Shown here: one piece after another, positions 43,135-52,039 of the stretch | Position numbering within the stretch: position 1 is the first letter of the stretch | Layout: each line of letters opens with the position of its first letter | The notes under the pieces: model-generated | The model's database searches: none | What the model was told of the DNA's origin: nothing | The model's input: only the letters and a program-made list of their open reading frames with translations | Program-made: the position numbers and the translations under genes | Origin: Bacteroidales bacterium | GTDB taxonomy: Bacteria > Bacteroidota > Bacteroidia > Bacteroidales > UBA10428 | Direction: 5' to 3' | Length of the DNA stretch: 64,000 nucleotides | NCBI GenBank assembly: GCA_041737175.1 | Contig: JBGSSF010000033.1 | Span: forward strand, 8,849 to 72,848

Positions 43135-44235
43135 ATGAGCAAGAACGTCAGGGCACAGCAAAAACGCGTTACCATCAAGGACATCGCTGCGCTTTCACAT
43201 GTATCTATCGGGACAGTTGATCGTGTTTTGCATAATCGCGGTGAGGTTAACCAGGAAACCCATGAAAGGGTTATGTCGTTTGTGGAGGAGCTGGGCTATA
43301 CGCCTAACCTGCTTGCCAAATCACTTGCTTTAAAGAAGAGTTTTACCATTGCTGCCCTGATTCCGGAGACAGGCCCTGGCAATCCCTATTGGGGAATGCC
43401 CTTGGCCGGTATTAGCAAAGCCGTTGAAGAACTTAAAGATTTCAATACCCGGATATCAGTTTTCCATTTCGATATGGGAGATGAGACATCTTTTATCAGA
43501 CAATTCGACAATGTCCTGGATATTCATCCCCAGGGCATCATCATGGCGCCTACCTTTCATGAAACTGCGATGCGTTATTTGTCAAAATGTGAAGAATTAA
43601 ATATTCCGCTGATTTTGATAGACAATAACCTGGACGCCGGCACAAGACTGGGTTATTTCGGACAGGACGCCCTGCAGAGCGGCTATGTGGCGGCCAAGTT
43701 GATGAATTACGGATTGCCGGGCTGTTCAACGGTGCTCATCCTTAACCTGGCGCAGAATAAGGTTATCACGCGGCATATGAACCGGAGGGAACAGGGATTC
43801 AGGGAGTATTTTCAAAAGATAGTTCCCGGCAATTGCATTGAGGCAGTGTCGGTTGAAATTGATCTGATCCGTCAGGATGAACCTGAAAGAAGCCTGAAGG
43901 AAATCTTCGGCAGGTATTCCGATATTTCGGGGATCTTTGTTACCAATTCCAGGGTCCACAAGGTGGCCAGGTACTTTACCCAACACAAAAAAGGAGGCAT
44001 TCTTCTTGTTGGGTACGACCTGATTAATGCCAACATGGAATTTGTGGAGAACGGGATCGTGGATTTTCTGATTTGCCAGAAACCCGAAGATCAGGGATAC
44101 AAATCTGCCATGGCGATGTTTAATTATCTGCTTACCGGTAAGCCGGTTGAAAAAGTTAACTACAGCCCTATTGATATCATCATTAAAGAAAATTCAGGGT
44201 ATTATAAAAACATAAACAATTCTTACCGTGCATGA
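43135..44235 (+). CDS. LacI-family transcriptional regulator heading the hexuronate locus
   Basis: HTH VTIKDIAALSHVSIGTVDRVLHNRGEV followed by a PBP-like sugar-binding core. Its stop overlaps the next gene's start (ATGA). Confidence 0.88.
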   Translation: MSKNVRAQQKRVTIKDIAALSHVSIGTVDRVLHNRGEVNQETHERVMSFVEELGYTPNLLAKSLALKKSFTIAALIPETGPGNPYWGMPLAGISKAVEELKDFNTRISVFHFDMGDETSFIRQFDNVLDIHPQGIIMAPTFHETAMRYLSKCEELNIPLILIDNNLDAGTRLGYFGQDALQSGYVAAKLMNYGLPGCSTVLILNLAQNKVITRHMNRREQGFREYFQKIVPGNCIEAVSVEIDLIRQDEPERSLKEIFGRYSDISGIFVTNSRVHKVARYFTQHKKGGILLVGYDLINANMEFVENGIVDFLICQKPEDQGYKSAMAMFNYLLTGKPVEKVNYSPIDIIIKENSGYYKNINNSYRA

Positions 44236-45080
44236 AAAAGCTGGATTTTTCTGATCTCGAAGGTAAAGTTTGTGTCATTACCGGGGGCGCAGGGGTAATT
44301 GGCAGAGCCATTTGTGAAGCCCTGGCTGCAAACGGAATAAAAACCGCCGTCAGCGATATGAAACTGGATGCGGCGGAGGAAATGGCCGGGAATCTTACAG
44401 GCAGATATGGCACCAAGTGCATCGGGGTGCAAGCCAATGTGCTTGATAAAGAATCACTGATCAAAGCCAGAGATCTGATCCATGAAAAACTCGGTCCCAT
44501 TGACATCTTAATCAATGGCGCAGGAGGCAATTCACCCGATGCTACTACCCGGCTGGAACAGATTTCTGATTCAGAAGCTCAGCTCGACGACAGCTTCTTT
44601 GGATTGGGCATGGCCGGATTTGACAAGGTATTTGCGTTGAATTTCACAGGGACACTTTTACCAACCCTTGTTTTTGCCAGGGAAATGGTTGAAAACGGGA
44701 AAGGTGTGATTTTGAACATCTCGTCCATGAACTCATTCAGGCCACTCACAAAAATTCCCGCATATTCAGCTGCCAAAGCATCTGTGAATAATTTTACCCA
44801 GTGGTTGTCAGTTCACCTGGCCAAAACAGGTGTAAGGGTCAATGCGATTGCACCGGGTTTTTTTCTGACCAACCAGAACCGGTTTCTGCTGACCGATGAA
44901 AAAACTGGAGAGGCCACGGCACGCGGCAGGAAAATAATCGGCAATACACCGACGGGCAAATATGGTCAACCTGAAGATCTGCAGGGAGCTGTTCTTTTCC
45001 TGCTGTCTGATTTGTCTTCTTTCATCACCGGGATTGTGTTGCCGGTTGACGGCGGATACAGCGCTTACGGGGGAGTTTAA
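44232..45080 (+). CDS. SDR-family oxidoreductase, probable fructuronate reductase / D-mannonate oxidoreductase (short-chain UxuB type)
   Basis: TGGAGVIG cofactor motif and catalytic Y-x3-K (YSAAKASV). The GFFLTNQNRFLL tail is characteristic of the short-chain mannonate oxidoreductases found in uronate loci. The functional assignment rests on locus context. Confidence 0.65.
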   Translation: MKKLDFSDLEGKVCVITGGAGVIGRAICEALAANGIKTAVSDMKLDAAEEMAGNLTGRYGTKCIGVQANVLDKESLIKARDLIHEKLGPIDILINGAGGNSPDATTRLEQISDSEAQLDDSFFGLGMAGFDKVFALNFTGTLLPTLVFAREMVENGKGVILNISSMNSFRPLTKIPAYSAAKASVNNFTQWLSVHLAKTGVRVNAIAPGFFLTNQNRFLLTDEKTGEATARGRKIIGNTPTGKYGQPEDLQGAVLFLLSDLSSFITGIVLPVDGGYSAYGGV

Positions 45081-45133
45081 GCGGCGGGGGATATGGATAC
45101 TTTTTACTATATTCGGTTTAAAATAATTGCCAA

Positions 45134-46429
45134 ATGATATATTTTGAGCAGGGATCCGAAAATACAGTTCTGTCAGACAGTGATCTGAAGAAGGGACTGT
45201 TCAGTGCTCTTGACAAACTGGGAAAACGGGAAAAGGTGCTGGCCATTCCCCCCGACTTTACCCGTTTTCATTCTCATGCCGGGGAGCTCACTTCAATGTT
45301 GTACGAATATTACGGCGATAAGCTGACAGATGTACTTCCGGCGTTGGGAACCCATTCACCCATGACGCCGGATCAATTGAGCGCCATGTTTCCGGGCATA
45401 CCGGAAGAGCTCTTCAGAGTGCATTACTGGCGCAGTGATGTTCTCACTTTAGGAAGAGTTCCGGGGGACTATATTGCCGAGATTACCGATAATGCCCTGA
45501 ATTACGATTGGCCGGCCCAGCTGAATAAACTGGTTTGCCAGGGCGGGCACGATCTGATATTGTCCCTGGGACAGGTTGTTCCCCACGAGGTCATCGGAAT
45601 GGCCAACTATAACAAGAATCTTTTTGTTGGTACCGGAGGAGCCGAGGGTATCAACAAAAGCCACTTTGTGGGCGCTGTTTATGGAATGGAACGCATGATG
45701 GGCCGGGCAGATAATCCGGTGCGGAAAATACTCAATTATGCATCATCACATTTTATAAGTGACCTGCCCGTTGTATATGTGCATACCGTTGTAGGCAGAG
45801 ATGACAATGAGAACCTGGTGGTGAGGGGCCTTTATATCGGGGATGATGAACAGGTTTTCACCCGTGCTGCCGACTTATCACTCAAGGTGAATTTCACCGT
45901 GCTTGATAAACCGGTCAAAAAGGTAGTCGTCTACCTCGATCCTGCAGAATTTAAAAGCACATGGCTGGGCAATAAAAGCATTTACCGCACCCGGATGGCC
46001 ATTGCGGATGGAGGTGAACTTCTGGTGCTTGCCCCGGGAGTGAAGGAATTCGGGGAAGACCCGGAGATCGACCAGTTGATCAGGAAGTACGGGTACTTTG
46101 GAACCGCGGAAACTCTTCAGAACCTGAAAGAAAACAAGGACCTGGAGGGTAACCTCAGTGCAGCCGCCCATCTTATTCATGGCAGTTCCGAAGGCAGGTT
46201 CACCATCACCTATTGTCCCGGTCACCTGACCAAGCGGGAAATCGAAAAGGTGAATTTCAGGTACGGTTCCCTGAAGAATATGCTCGTGAAGTACAATCCG
46301 GCAAGCATGAAGGAAGGCTACAATTTGCAGGAGGACGGTGAAGTGGTCTTTTATATTTCCAATCCTGCGCTAGGGCTTTGGGCTTGTAAGGAGAGGCTGC
46401 AGACCAAAGACCTAAGTCCAAAGGCCTAA
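45134..46429 (+). CDS. LarA-like (DUF2088 / lactate-racemase N-terminal domain) protein, putative nickel-pincer-dependent 2-hydroxyacid epimerase
   Basis: 431 aa, the size of the LarA family. Has an N-terminal PPDFTRFHS (D-x-T-R) motif, VVPHEVIGMANYNKN, and a GTGGAEGINKSH Gly-rich/Lys-His region. The last 9 codons and the stop are encoded by the heptamer array at 46401-46477. Confidence 0.55.
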   Translation: MIYFEQGSENTVLSDSDLKKGLFSALDKLGKREKVLAIPPDFTRFHSHAGELTSMLYEYYGDKLTDVLPALGTHSPMTPDQLSAMFPGIPEELFRVHYWRSDVLTLGRVPGDYIAEITDNALNYDWPAQLNKLVCQGGHDLILSLGQVVPHEVIGMANYNKNLFVGTGGAEGINKSHFVGAVYGMERMMGRADNPVRKILNYASSHFISDLPVVYVHTVVGRDDNENLVVRGLYIGDDEQVFTRAADLSLKVNFTVLDKPVKKVVVYLDPAEFKSTWLGNKSIYRTRMAIADGGELLVLAPGVKEFGEDPEIDQLIRKYGYFGTAETLQNLKENKDLEGNLSAAAHLIHGSSEGRFTITYCPGHLTKREIEKVNFRYGSLKNMLVKYNPASMKEGYNLQEDGEVVFYISNPALGLWACKERLQTKDLSPKA

Positions 46430-46477
46430 GACTAAAGACCAAAGACCAAAGACCAAAGACCTAAGACGAAAGGCGAA
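46401..46477. repeat. Heptamer tandem array, 11 x AGNCNWA (consensus AGACCAA)
   Basis: Units counted directly: AGACCAA AGACCTA AGTCCAA AGGCCTA AGACTAA AGACCAA AGACCAA AGACCAA AGACCTA AGACGAA AGGCGAA. The array contains the TAA stop (46427-46429) of the LarA-like gene and ends 51 nt before the MFS ATG. Confidence 0.95.
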
Positions 46478-46528
46478 GATTGATTCTTACGATTTAATGA
46501 CTAATAAAATACGCTAACAAGTAACTCC

Positions 46529-47923
46529 ATGACAACAATCTCCGAGCAAATCGGAAAATACCGATGGACGATCTGCACCCTTGTATTTTTTGCTACCACA
46601 GTTAACTATTTTGATCGCAATGTTTTGGGACTTTTGAAGCCCATCCTGTCTGATGCAGGTATGTTCGGCGCGGACAAACCCAACCAGGAGTTGTATTATT
46701 CCTATGTGGTGATGAGTTTTCAGATTGCTTACGCTATTGGCATGCTGCTGGCAGGAAGGCTTATCGACTGGTTCGGGACAAGAAAAGGATATGCCTTTTC
46801 ATTGCTGGGATGGAGCATTGCTGCCATAGGCCACGCCCTCGCCCAGAATACCTTTACATTTGGTTTTTGGCGGGCCGCGCTGGGTTTTACCGAATCAGGC
46901 AATTTCCCGGCAGCCAACAAGACCATGGCAGAATGGTTTCCGAAGAAGGAAAGGGCATTTGCCACAGGTATTTATAATTCCGGCGCCAATGTGGGTGCCA
47001 TCGTTACTCCGTTGTTTGTTCCCTGGATGGCCAGGGAATGGGGATGGCAATGGGCTTTTATTTTTGTGGGTGCCATCGGTCTGATCTGGCTGTATTTCTG
47101 GTTTCGCATTTATGGTTCACCTGAACAAAAGCTGAAAGCAGGCGTTCTTTCGCAGGCAGAATATGATTATATTCACAGCGACCTGGATGAGCAGGCTGAA
47201 GAGAAAAAAAGCGGCGACAAGGTATCATGGTTTAAGCTTCTGACCTATCGCCAGACCTGGTCATTCTTTTTTGGAAAATTTCTGACTGACGGGGTATGGT
47301 GGTTCTATCTTTTCTGGCTTCCAGCTTTTCTGAGTGGTGAAAACACCCGGAAAATCCAGGAATACATGGCAGCTCATCCGGATTTCACAGGCGATCAGTC
47401 CGCCGTACCGGGGATTATCAGCTGGACCCTGGCGGTAGCTGTGGTTTACACGATTTCAACCATTGGTTCGGTCTATGGAGGTTGGCTTCCCAAAAGATTC
47501 ATTAATAATGGAATGGCTGCGTACAAAGCGCGTAAAACATCCATGTTTATTTATGCTTTATTTCCGCTTACCGTATTGTTAGCCAGCAGGCTGGGCCATA
47601 TTAACACATGGTATGCAGTTCTCGTCATTGGTATTGCCTGCGCAGCTCACCAGGCCTGGTCGGCAAACATTTTCACCACGGTCACCGATATGTTCCCCAA
47701 AAGGGCCGTGGCATCTGTCACCGGCATTGGGGGAATGGCGGGAGCTGTAGGTGGCATACTGATCGCACAGTCAGCCGGGCTGATTTTGAAACATTATTCA
47801 GCGCTCGGAAATATCCAGGCAGGCTACGGGTACCTGTTCATCTTCTGCGGAATTGCCTACATCGCAGCCTGGCTCCTCATGCATTTTATGGTGCCTAAAT
47901 TAAAGCGCGTTGAAAATTTGTAA
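46529..47923 (+). CDS. MFS transporter, ExuT-like hexuronate transporter (anion:cation symporter subfamily)
   Basis: 464 aa, 12 TM helices. The N-terminal FFATTVNYFDRNVLG motif is typical of the ACS/ExuT family. Located immediately upstream of uxaC. Confidence 0.75.
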   Translation: MTTISEQIGKYRWTICTLVFFATTVNYFDRNVLGLLKPILSDAGMFGADKPNQELYYSYVVMSFQIAYAIGMLLAGRLIDWFGTRKGYAFSLLGWSIAAIGHALAQNTFTFGFWRAALGFTESGNFPAANKTMAEWFPKKERAFATGIYNSGANVGAIVTPLFVPWMAREWGWQWAFIFVGAIGLIWLYFWFRIYGSPEQKLKAGVLSQAEYDYIHSDLDEQAEEKKSGDKVSWFKLLTYRQTWSFFFGKFLTDGVWWFYLFWLPAFLSGENTRKIQEYMAAHPDFTGDQSAVPGIISWTLAVAVVYTISTIGSVYGGWLPKRFINNGMAAYKARKTSMFIYALFPLTVLLASRLGHINTWYAVLVIGIACAAHQAWSANIFTTVTDMFPKRAVASVTGIGGMAGAVGGILIAQSAGLILKHYSALGNIQAGYGYLFIFCGIAYIAAWLLMHFMVPKLKRVENL

Positions 47924-47935
47924 ACAAGGATTAGG

Positions 47936-49336
47936 ATGAAAGGCTTTTTAGATTCCAATTTCCTTCTGCATACAAAAACTGCGGAATATCTTTACCATCA
48001 GCATGCGGCCGGGATGCCCATCATCGACTACCACTGTCATCTCTCCCCGAAACAAATTGCTGAAAATAAGAATTTTGACAACCTTACCCAGCCCTGGCTG
48101 TACGGTGACCATTATAAATGGCGCGCCATGCGCTCCAACGGAATTGATGAACGGTATTGCTCGGGCAATGCTTCAGACTGGGAAAAGTTTGAGAAATGGG
48201 CGGAAACCGTGCCCTTTACCATGAGGAACCCGCTTTATCACTGGACGCATCTTGAACTTCAGCGGTATTTTGGTATTACTGATCTTTTAAGTCTGCACAC
48301 TGCTGCCTCCATATACGAAAAGACGTCGGGCATGCTCGGACAGAAAGACTTTAGTCCCGTTGGCCTTATTAAAAGGATGAACGTAGAGATTGTCTGCACC
48401 ACGGATGACCCGGTGGATTCGCTGGAATATCACCGTAAGATCAAGGAAACCACAACCGGGATCCGTGTAATTCCTGCCTGGAGACCGGATAAAGTGCTCA
48501 TGGCGGATAATCCGACAGGATTTAATGAATACATCGGCAAACTGGCGGTTGTATCGGGAATTGATATTACCAGTTATGGCCATTTACTGGAAGCTTTGGA
48601 CAAAAGGCACGAATTCTTTCATGACTCCGGATGCCGGCTCTCCGACCATGGTTTGGAAAGCTTCTATTGCGACAGTTATACGCTGCCTGAGATAAATGCG
48701 ATTTTTGGCAGAATCAGGAAGGGTTTCGATCTGGCTCCCGCTGAGGTTTCCAAATTCAGGTCAGCCATGCTTTATGACCTGGCCGTAATGGATTGTGAGA
48801 GAGGCTGGACCCAGCAATTCCACGTAGGAGCCATGCGCAATAACAATGCCCGGATGTTCATAACCTACGGACCTGATGGCGGCTTCGATTCCATAGGTGA
48901 TTATGCGGTCGCCATTCCTACGTCACGTTTTCTCGACAGGCTCGATAAGGAAGGCAAACTGGCCAAGACGATATTGTATAACCTGAACCCTTCGGATAAT
49001 GAGGTAATGGCAACCATGATCGGGAATTTCCAGGACGGTACGGTACCGGGTAAAATTCAATGGGGTTCGGGATGGTGGTTCCTGGATCAGAAGGACGGCA
49101 TGGAGAAACAACTGAATGCACTCTCTAACCTGGGATTGCTCAGCCGGTTTGTCGGTATGCTCACCGATTCACGCAGCCTGCTCTCTTACCCCCGCCATGA
49201 ATATTTCCGCAGGGTACTTTGCAACCTGATCGGGAATGACGTTGAAAACGGAGAACTGCCGGATGATAAAACCTGGCTGGGCAAAATCGTGGAGGATGTA
49301 TGCTATAATAATGCACGAAATTATTTCAATTTTTAA
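47936..49336 (+). CDS. uxaC: Glucuronate isomerase (uronate isomerase)
   Basis: Full-length 466-aa match to the UxaC pattern: FLLHTKTAEYLYH..., PIIDYHCHLSPKQI, DHYKWRAMRSNG, NPLYHWTHLELQRYFG, GMLTDSRSLLSYPRHEYFRR. Confidence 0.95.
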   Translation: MKGFLDSNFLLHTKTAEYLYHQHAAGMPIIDYHCHLSPKQIAENKNFDNLTQPWLYGDHYKWRAMRSNGIDERYCSGNASDWEKFEKWAETVPFTMRNPLYHWTHLELQRYFGITDLLSLHTAASIYEKTSGMLGQKDFSPVGLIKRMNVEIVCTTDDPVDSLEYHRKIKETTTGIRVIPAWRPDKVLMADNPTGFNEYIGKLAVVSGIDITSYGHLLEALDKRHEFFHDSGCRLSDHGLESFYCDSYTLPEINAIFGRIRKGFDLAPAEVSKFRSAMLYDLAVMDCERGWTQQFHVGAMRNNNARMFITYGPDGGFDSIGDYAVAIPTSRFLDRLDKEGKLAKTILYNLNPSDNEVMATMIGNFQDGTVPGKIQWGSGWWFLDQKDGMEKQLNALSNLGLLSRFVGMLTDSRSLLSYPRHEYFRRVLCNLIGNDVENGELPDDKTWLGKIVEDVCYNNARNYFNF

Positions 49337-49358
49337 AACACCCTAAAAAGAAAATACT

Positions 49359-50714
49359 GTGAAATCTGAAAAAAAACACAATTCCCGTCGTAATTTCATT
49401 AAGAAAGCGGTACTGGGTACGGCATCACTGACCCTGGGCGGACTGGGATTATCTGCCTCATCCTATGCACGTATCAGGGGCGCAAACGAACGGATGAACA
49501 TTGCCATCCTTGGCTGTTACAGGCGGTTTAATGCGCTTATGGAATCATTGCCCAAACTAAGTGACGACATAAACATAGCCTTTGTTTGTGATGTTGATCA
49601 GAAGAGGTTATCGGAAGCGCAGGCTAAAGTGAAAGAGAAGATGGGCATGATGCCGGGCGGAGAGGAGGATCTGCGAAAAATACTGGAAAACAAAGGTGTG
49701 GATGCCATCATCAATGCCACACCGGATCACTGGCATGCTCCGGCAACCTTCCTGGCGCTTCAGGCCGGAAAGCATGTTTACCTGGAGAAACCATGTTCTC
49801 ACAATCCCCGTGAGGGTGAACTGCTGGTTGATTTCCAGAAGAAATACAACAAAGTAATACAAATGGGATCACAGCAGCGTTCAGCGCCTGATACAAGGGA
49901 GATTGTCGATGAAATACACAAAGGACTGATTGGGGACCCTTATCTGGGGGTTGCATTTTATGCCAACAGCAGGGGTCGTGTGCCTAATCCCCGGCAGGTT
50001 CCTCCCCCGCTTACACTTAACTGGGAACTTTTCCAGGGGCCAGCTCCGCGTGAACCGTATATGGATATTTATTTTGATTACAACTGGCACTGGTTCTGGC
50101 AGTATGGCACCGGTGAGACCGGGAACAATGCCGTGCATGAACTCGATGTATGCCGCTGGGCGCTGCAACTCGATTACCCGAAACAGGTCATCGTGAACGC
50201 CGCAAAGCAACATTATCGCGACGATGGATGGCAGATGTATGATACCATGGATGCGGATTTTATTTTCGGGAACGGAAAGACCATAAAATGGGACGGCAAG
50301 AGCCGCACAAATTACTATACCTATGGCATGGACCGGGGCAGTATCATTTACGGATCAACGGGAACGGCAGTGGTTAACCGGAATGGTTACAGGGTATTTG
50401 ATTTGCTGGGTAAGCTTACCCGTGAGCGGAAAGCCGATGAGGTTGCACAGACTACGCAGCCTGGCGGAGCCGGAGGTATGGATGGGCTGCATATCATGAA
50501 CTTCATCAATACAATACGCGGTACTGCTTTATTGCAGCACCAGCCCATAACGGAGGGAGCCAAAAGCACGCTGCTCGGACATCTGGCCAACATCTCCTTC
50601 CGGGTGAATGCTCCGCTCACCATGGATGAAAGCAACGGTCGCATTCTGAACAATCCGGAAGCCATGAAACTTTGGGACAGGCAATATGAAAAAGGGTGGG
50701 AACCGAAAATTTAA
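49359..50714 (+). CDS. TAT-exported Gfo/Idh/MocA-family oxidoreductase (GH109-like architecture)
   Basis: GTG start. Twin-arginine leader NSRRNFIKKAVLGTASLTLGG. N-terminal Rossmann domain and the PDHWHA / YLEKP motifs of the Gfo/Idh/MocA fold. Confidence 0.8.
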   Translation: MKSEKKHNSRRNFIKKAVLGTASLTLGGLGLSASSYARIRGANERMNIAILGCYRRFNALMESLPKLSDDINIAFVCDVDQKRLSEAQAKVKEKMGMMPGGEEDLRKILENKGVDAIINATPDHWHAPATFLALQAGKHVYLEKPCSHNPREGELLVDFQKKYNKVIQMGSQQRSAPDTREIVDEIHKGLIGDPYLGVAFYANSRGRVPNPRQVPPPLTLNWELFQGPAPREPYMDIYFDYNWHWFWQYGTGETGNNAVHELDVCRWALQLDYPKQVIVNAAKQHYRDDGWQMYDTMDADFIFGNGKTIKWDGKSRTNYYTYGMDRGSIIYGSTGTAVVNRNGYRVFDLLGKLTRERKADEVAQTTQPGGAGGMDGLHIMNFINTIRGTALLQHQPITEGAKSTLLGHLANISFRVNAPLTMDESNGRILNNPEAMKLWDRQYEKGWEPKI

Positions 50715-50727
50715 AAAATAGGATGCC

Positions 50728-52032
50728 ATGAATTCAACACGCAGAGGTTTTATTAAAAATGCTTCCCTGCTGGCTGCCGGGGCGGCTCTTCCTTTTGATG
50801 CATTATCCTTCATCCAAAGGAAAGTCGCAGCAACCGATAAAATCCGCGTGGCGCTTATTGGTGCCAACGGTATGGGATTTAATAACCTGGCTTCCTTTCT
50901 GAAAAATCCCGAAATCGCATGTACCGCCCTGTGCGATGTGGATAAGAATGTGCTGGACAAGCGGACAAAAGACCTTACGGAACTTGGCGCGCCTGCGCCG
51001 AAGCATTTTGCTGATTACAGGAAGATGCTGGAGTACAAGGATATCGATGTAGTAATCATAGGCACTCCTGATCACTGGCACTGCATGCAGTTTGTCGATT
51101 CTTTGGAGGCCGGGAAACATGTGTATGTTGAGAAACCTTTGGGCAACTCAATTGCTGAGATCAATATCATGCAAAAGGCGGCAAGGCGGTATGGTACAAT
51201 GGTGCAGGTAGGGCAGTGGCAAAGAAGCCAGCCCCATTTCGTGGATGCCATCCGTTTTCTGAAGACGGGAACCCTGGGTCGCATACGCACATGCAAAGCC
51301 TGGTCGTATGTCGACTGGAAGGGGCCGGTTCCCAAAGTACCGGACACACCTGTACCTGAAGGAGTGGATTACGACATGTGGCTGGGACCCGCTCCCAAAC
51401 GTCCCTTTAATAAAAACCGGTTTCATTTTACATGGCGCTGGTACTGGGAATATGCCGGCGGCTTGATGACCGACTGGGGAGTGCACCTGATTGATTACAT
51501 TTTGTATGGAATGGATAAATCAATTCCGGTATCAGTGATGGCAACCGGCGGGAAATACGCCTATCCCGAGGATGACATGGTTACGCCGGATACAATGACC
51601 GCCGTATATGATTTCAAGGATTTCACCATGATCTGGGAGCATACCATTGGCATCGGGCTTGGGAACTGGAGAAGGCCTCATGGTATGGCTTACATTGGCG
51701 AGAACGGCACCCTGGTACTGGATCGTAACGGATGGGAAGTAGTGCCGGAAAAGCAAAAAATAGAAGCCATTCCCGTACAAAAGAATGTGGGCGTAGGTCT
51801 CGACCTGCATGGGCGGAATTTTATCGATTGCCTTAAAAACAATGTGCCCGGGGATCTTCATGCTGGCATTGACGCGGGCAGGAACGTGGCTCTTGTGGCG
51901 CAAATGGGAAATATTGCATACAGAACAGGAGAAAAAGTATACTGGGACGATGACAAACAATTGTTCAGCACTCCCGCGGCCAATGAACTGATTATACCAG
52001 AGTACCAGAATGGCTGGAAATTGCCTCAATGA
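50728..52032 (+). CDS. TAT-exported Gfo/Idh/MocA-family oxidoreductase, second paralogue
   Basis: Twin-arginine leader MNSTRRGFIKNASLLAAGAALP. Rossmann motif IGANGMGFNN, and the PDHWHC and YVEKP motifs. Confidence 0.8.
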   Translation: MNSTRRGFIKNASLLAAGAALPFDALSFIQRKVAATDKIRVALIGANGMGFNNLASFLKNPEIACTALCDVDKNVLDKRTKDLTELGAPAPKHFADYRKMLEYKDIDVVIIGTPDHWHCMQFVDSLEAGKHVYVEKPLGNSIAEINIMQKAARRYGTMVQVGQWQRSQPHFVDAIRFLKTGTLGRIRTCKAWSYVDWKGPVPKVPDTPVPEGVDYDMWLGPAPKRPFNKNRFHFTWRWYWEYAGGLMTDWGVHLIDYILYGMDKSIPVSVMATGGKYAYPEDDMVTPDTMTAVYDFKDFTMIWEHTIGIGLGNWRRPHGMAYIGENGTLVLDRNGWEVVPEKQKIEAIPVQKNVGVGLDLHGRNFIDCLKNNVPGDLHAGIDAGRNVALVAQMGNIAYRTGEKVYWDDDKQLFSTPAANELIIPEYQNGWKLPQ

Positions 52033-52039
52033 TAAGCGT

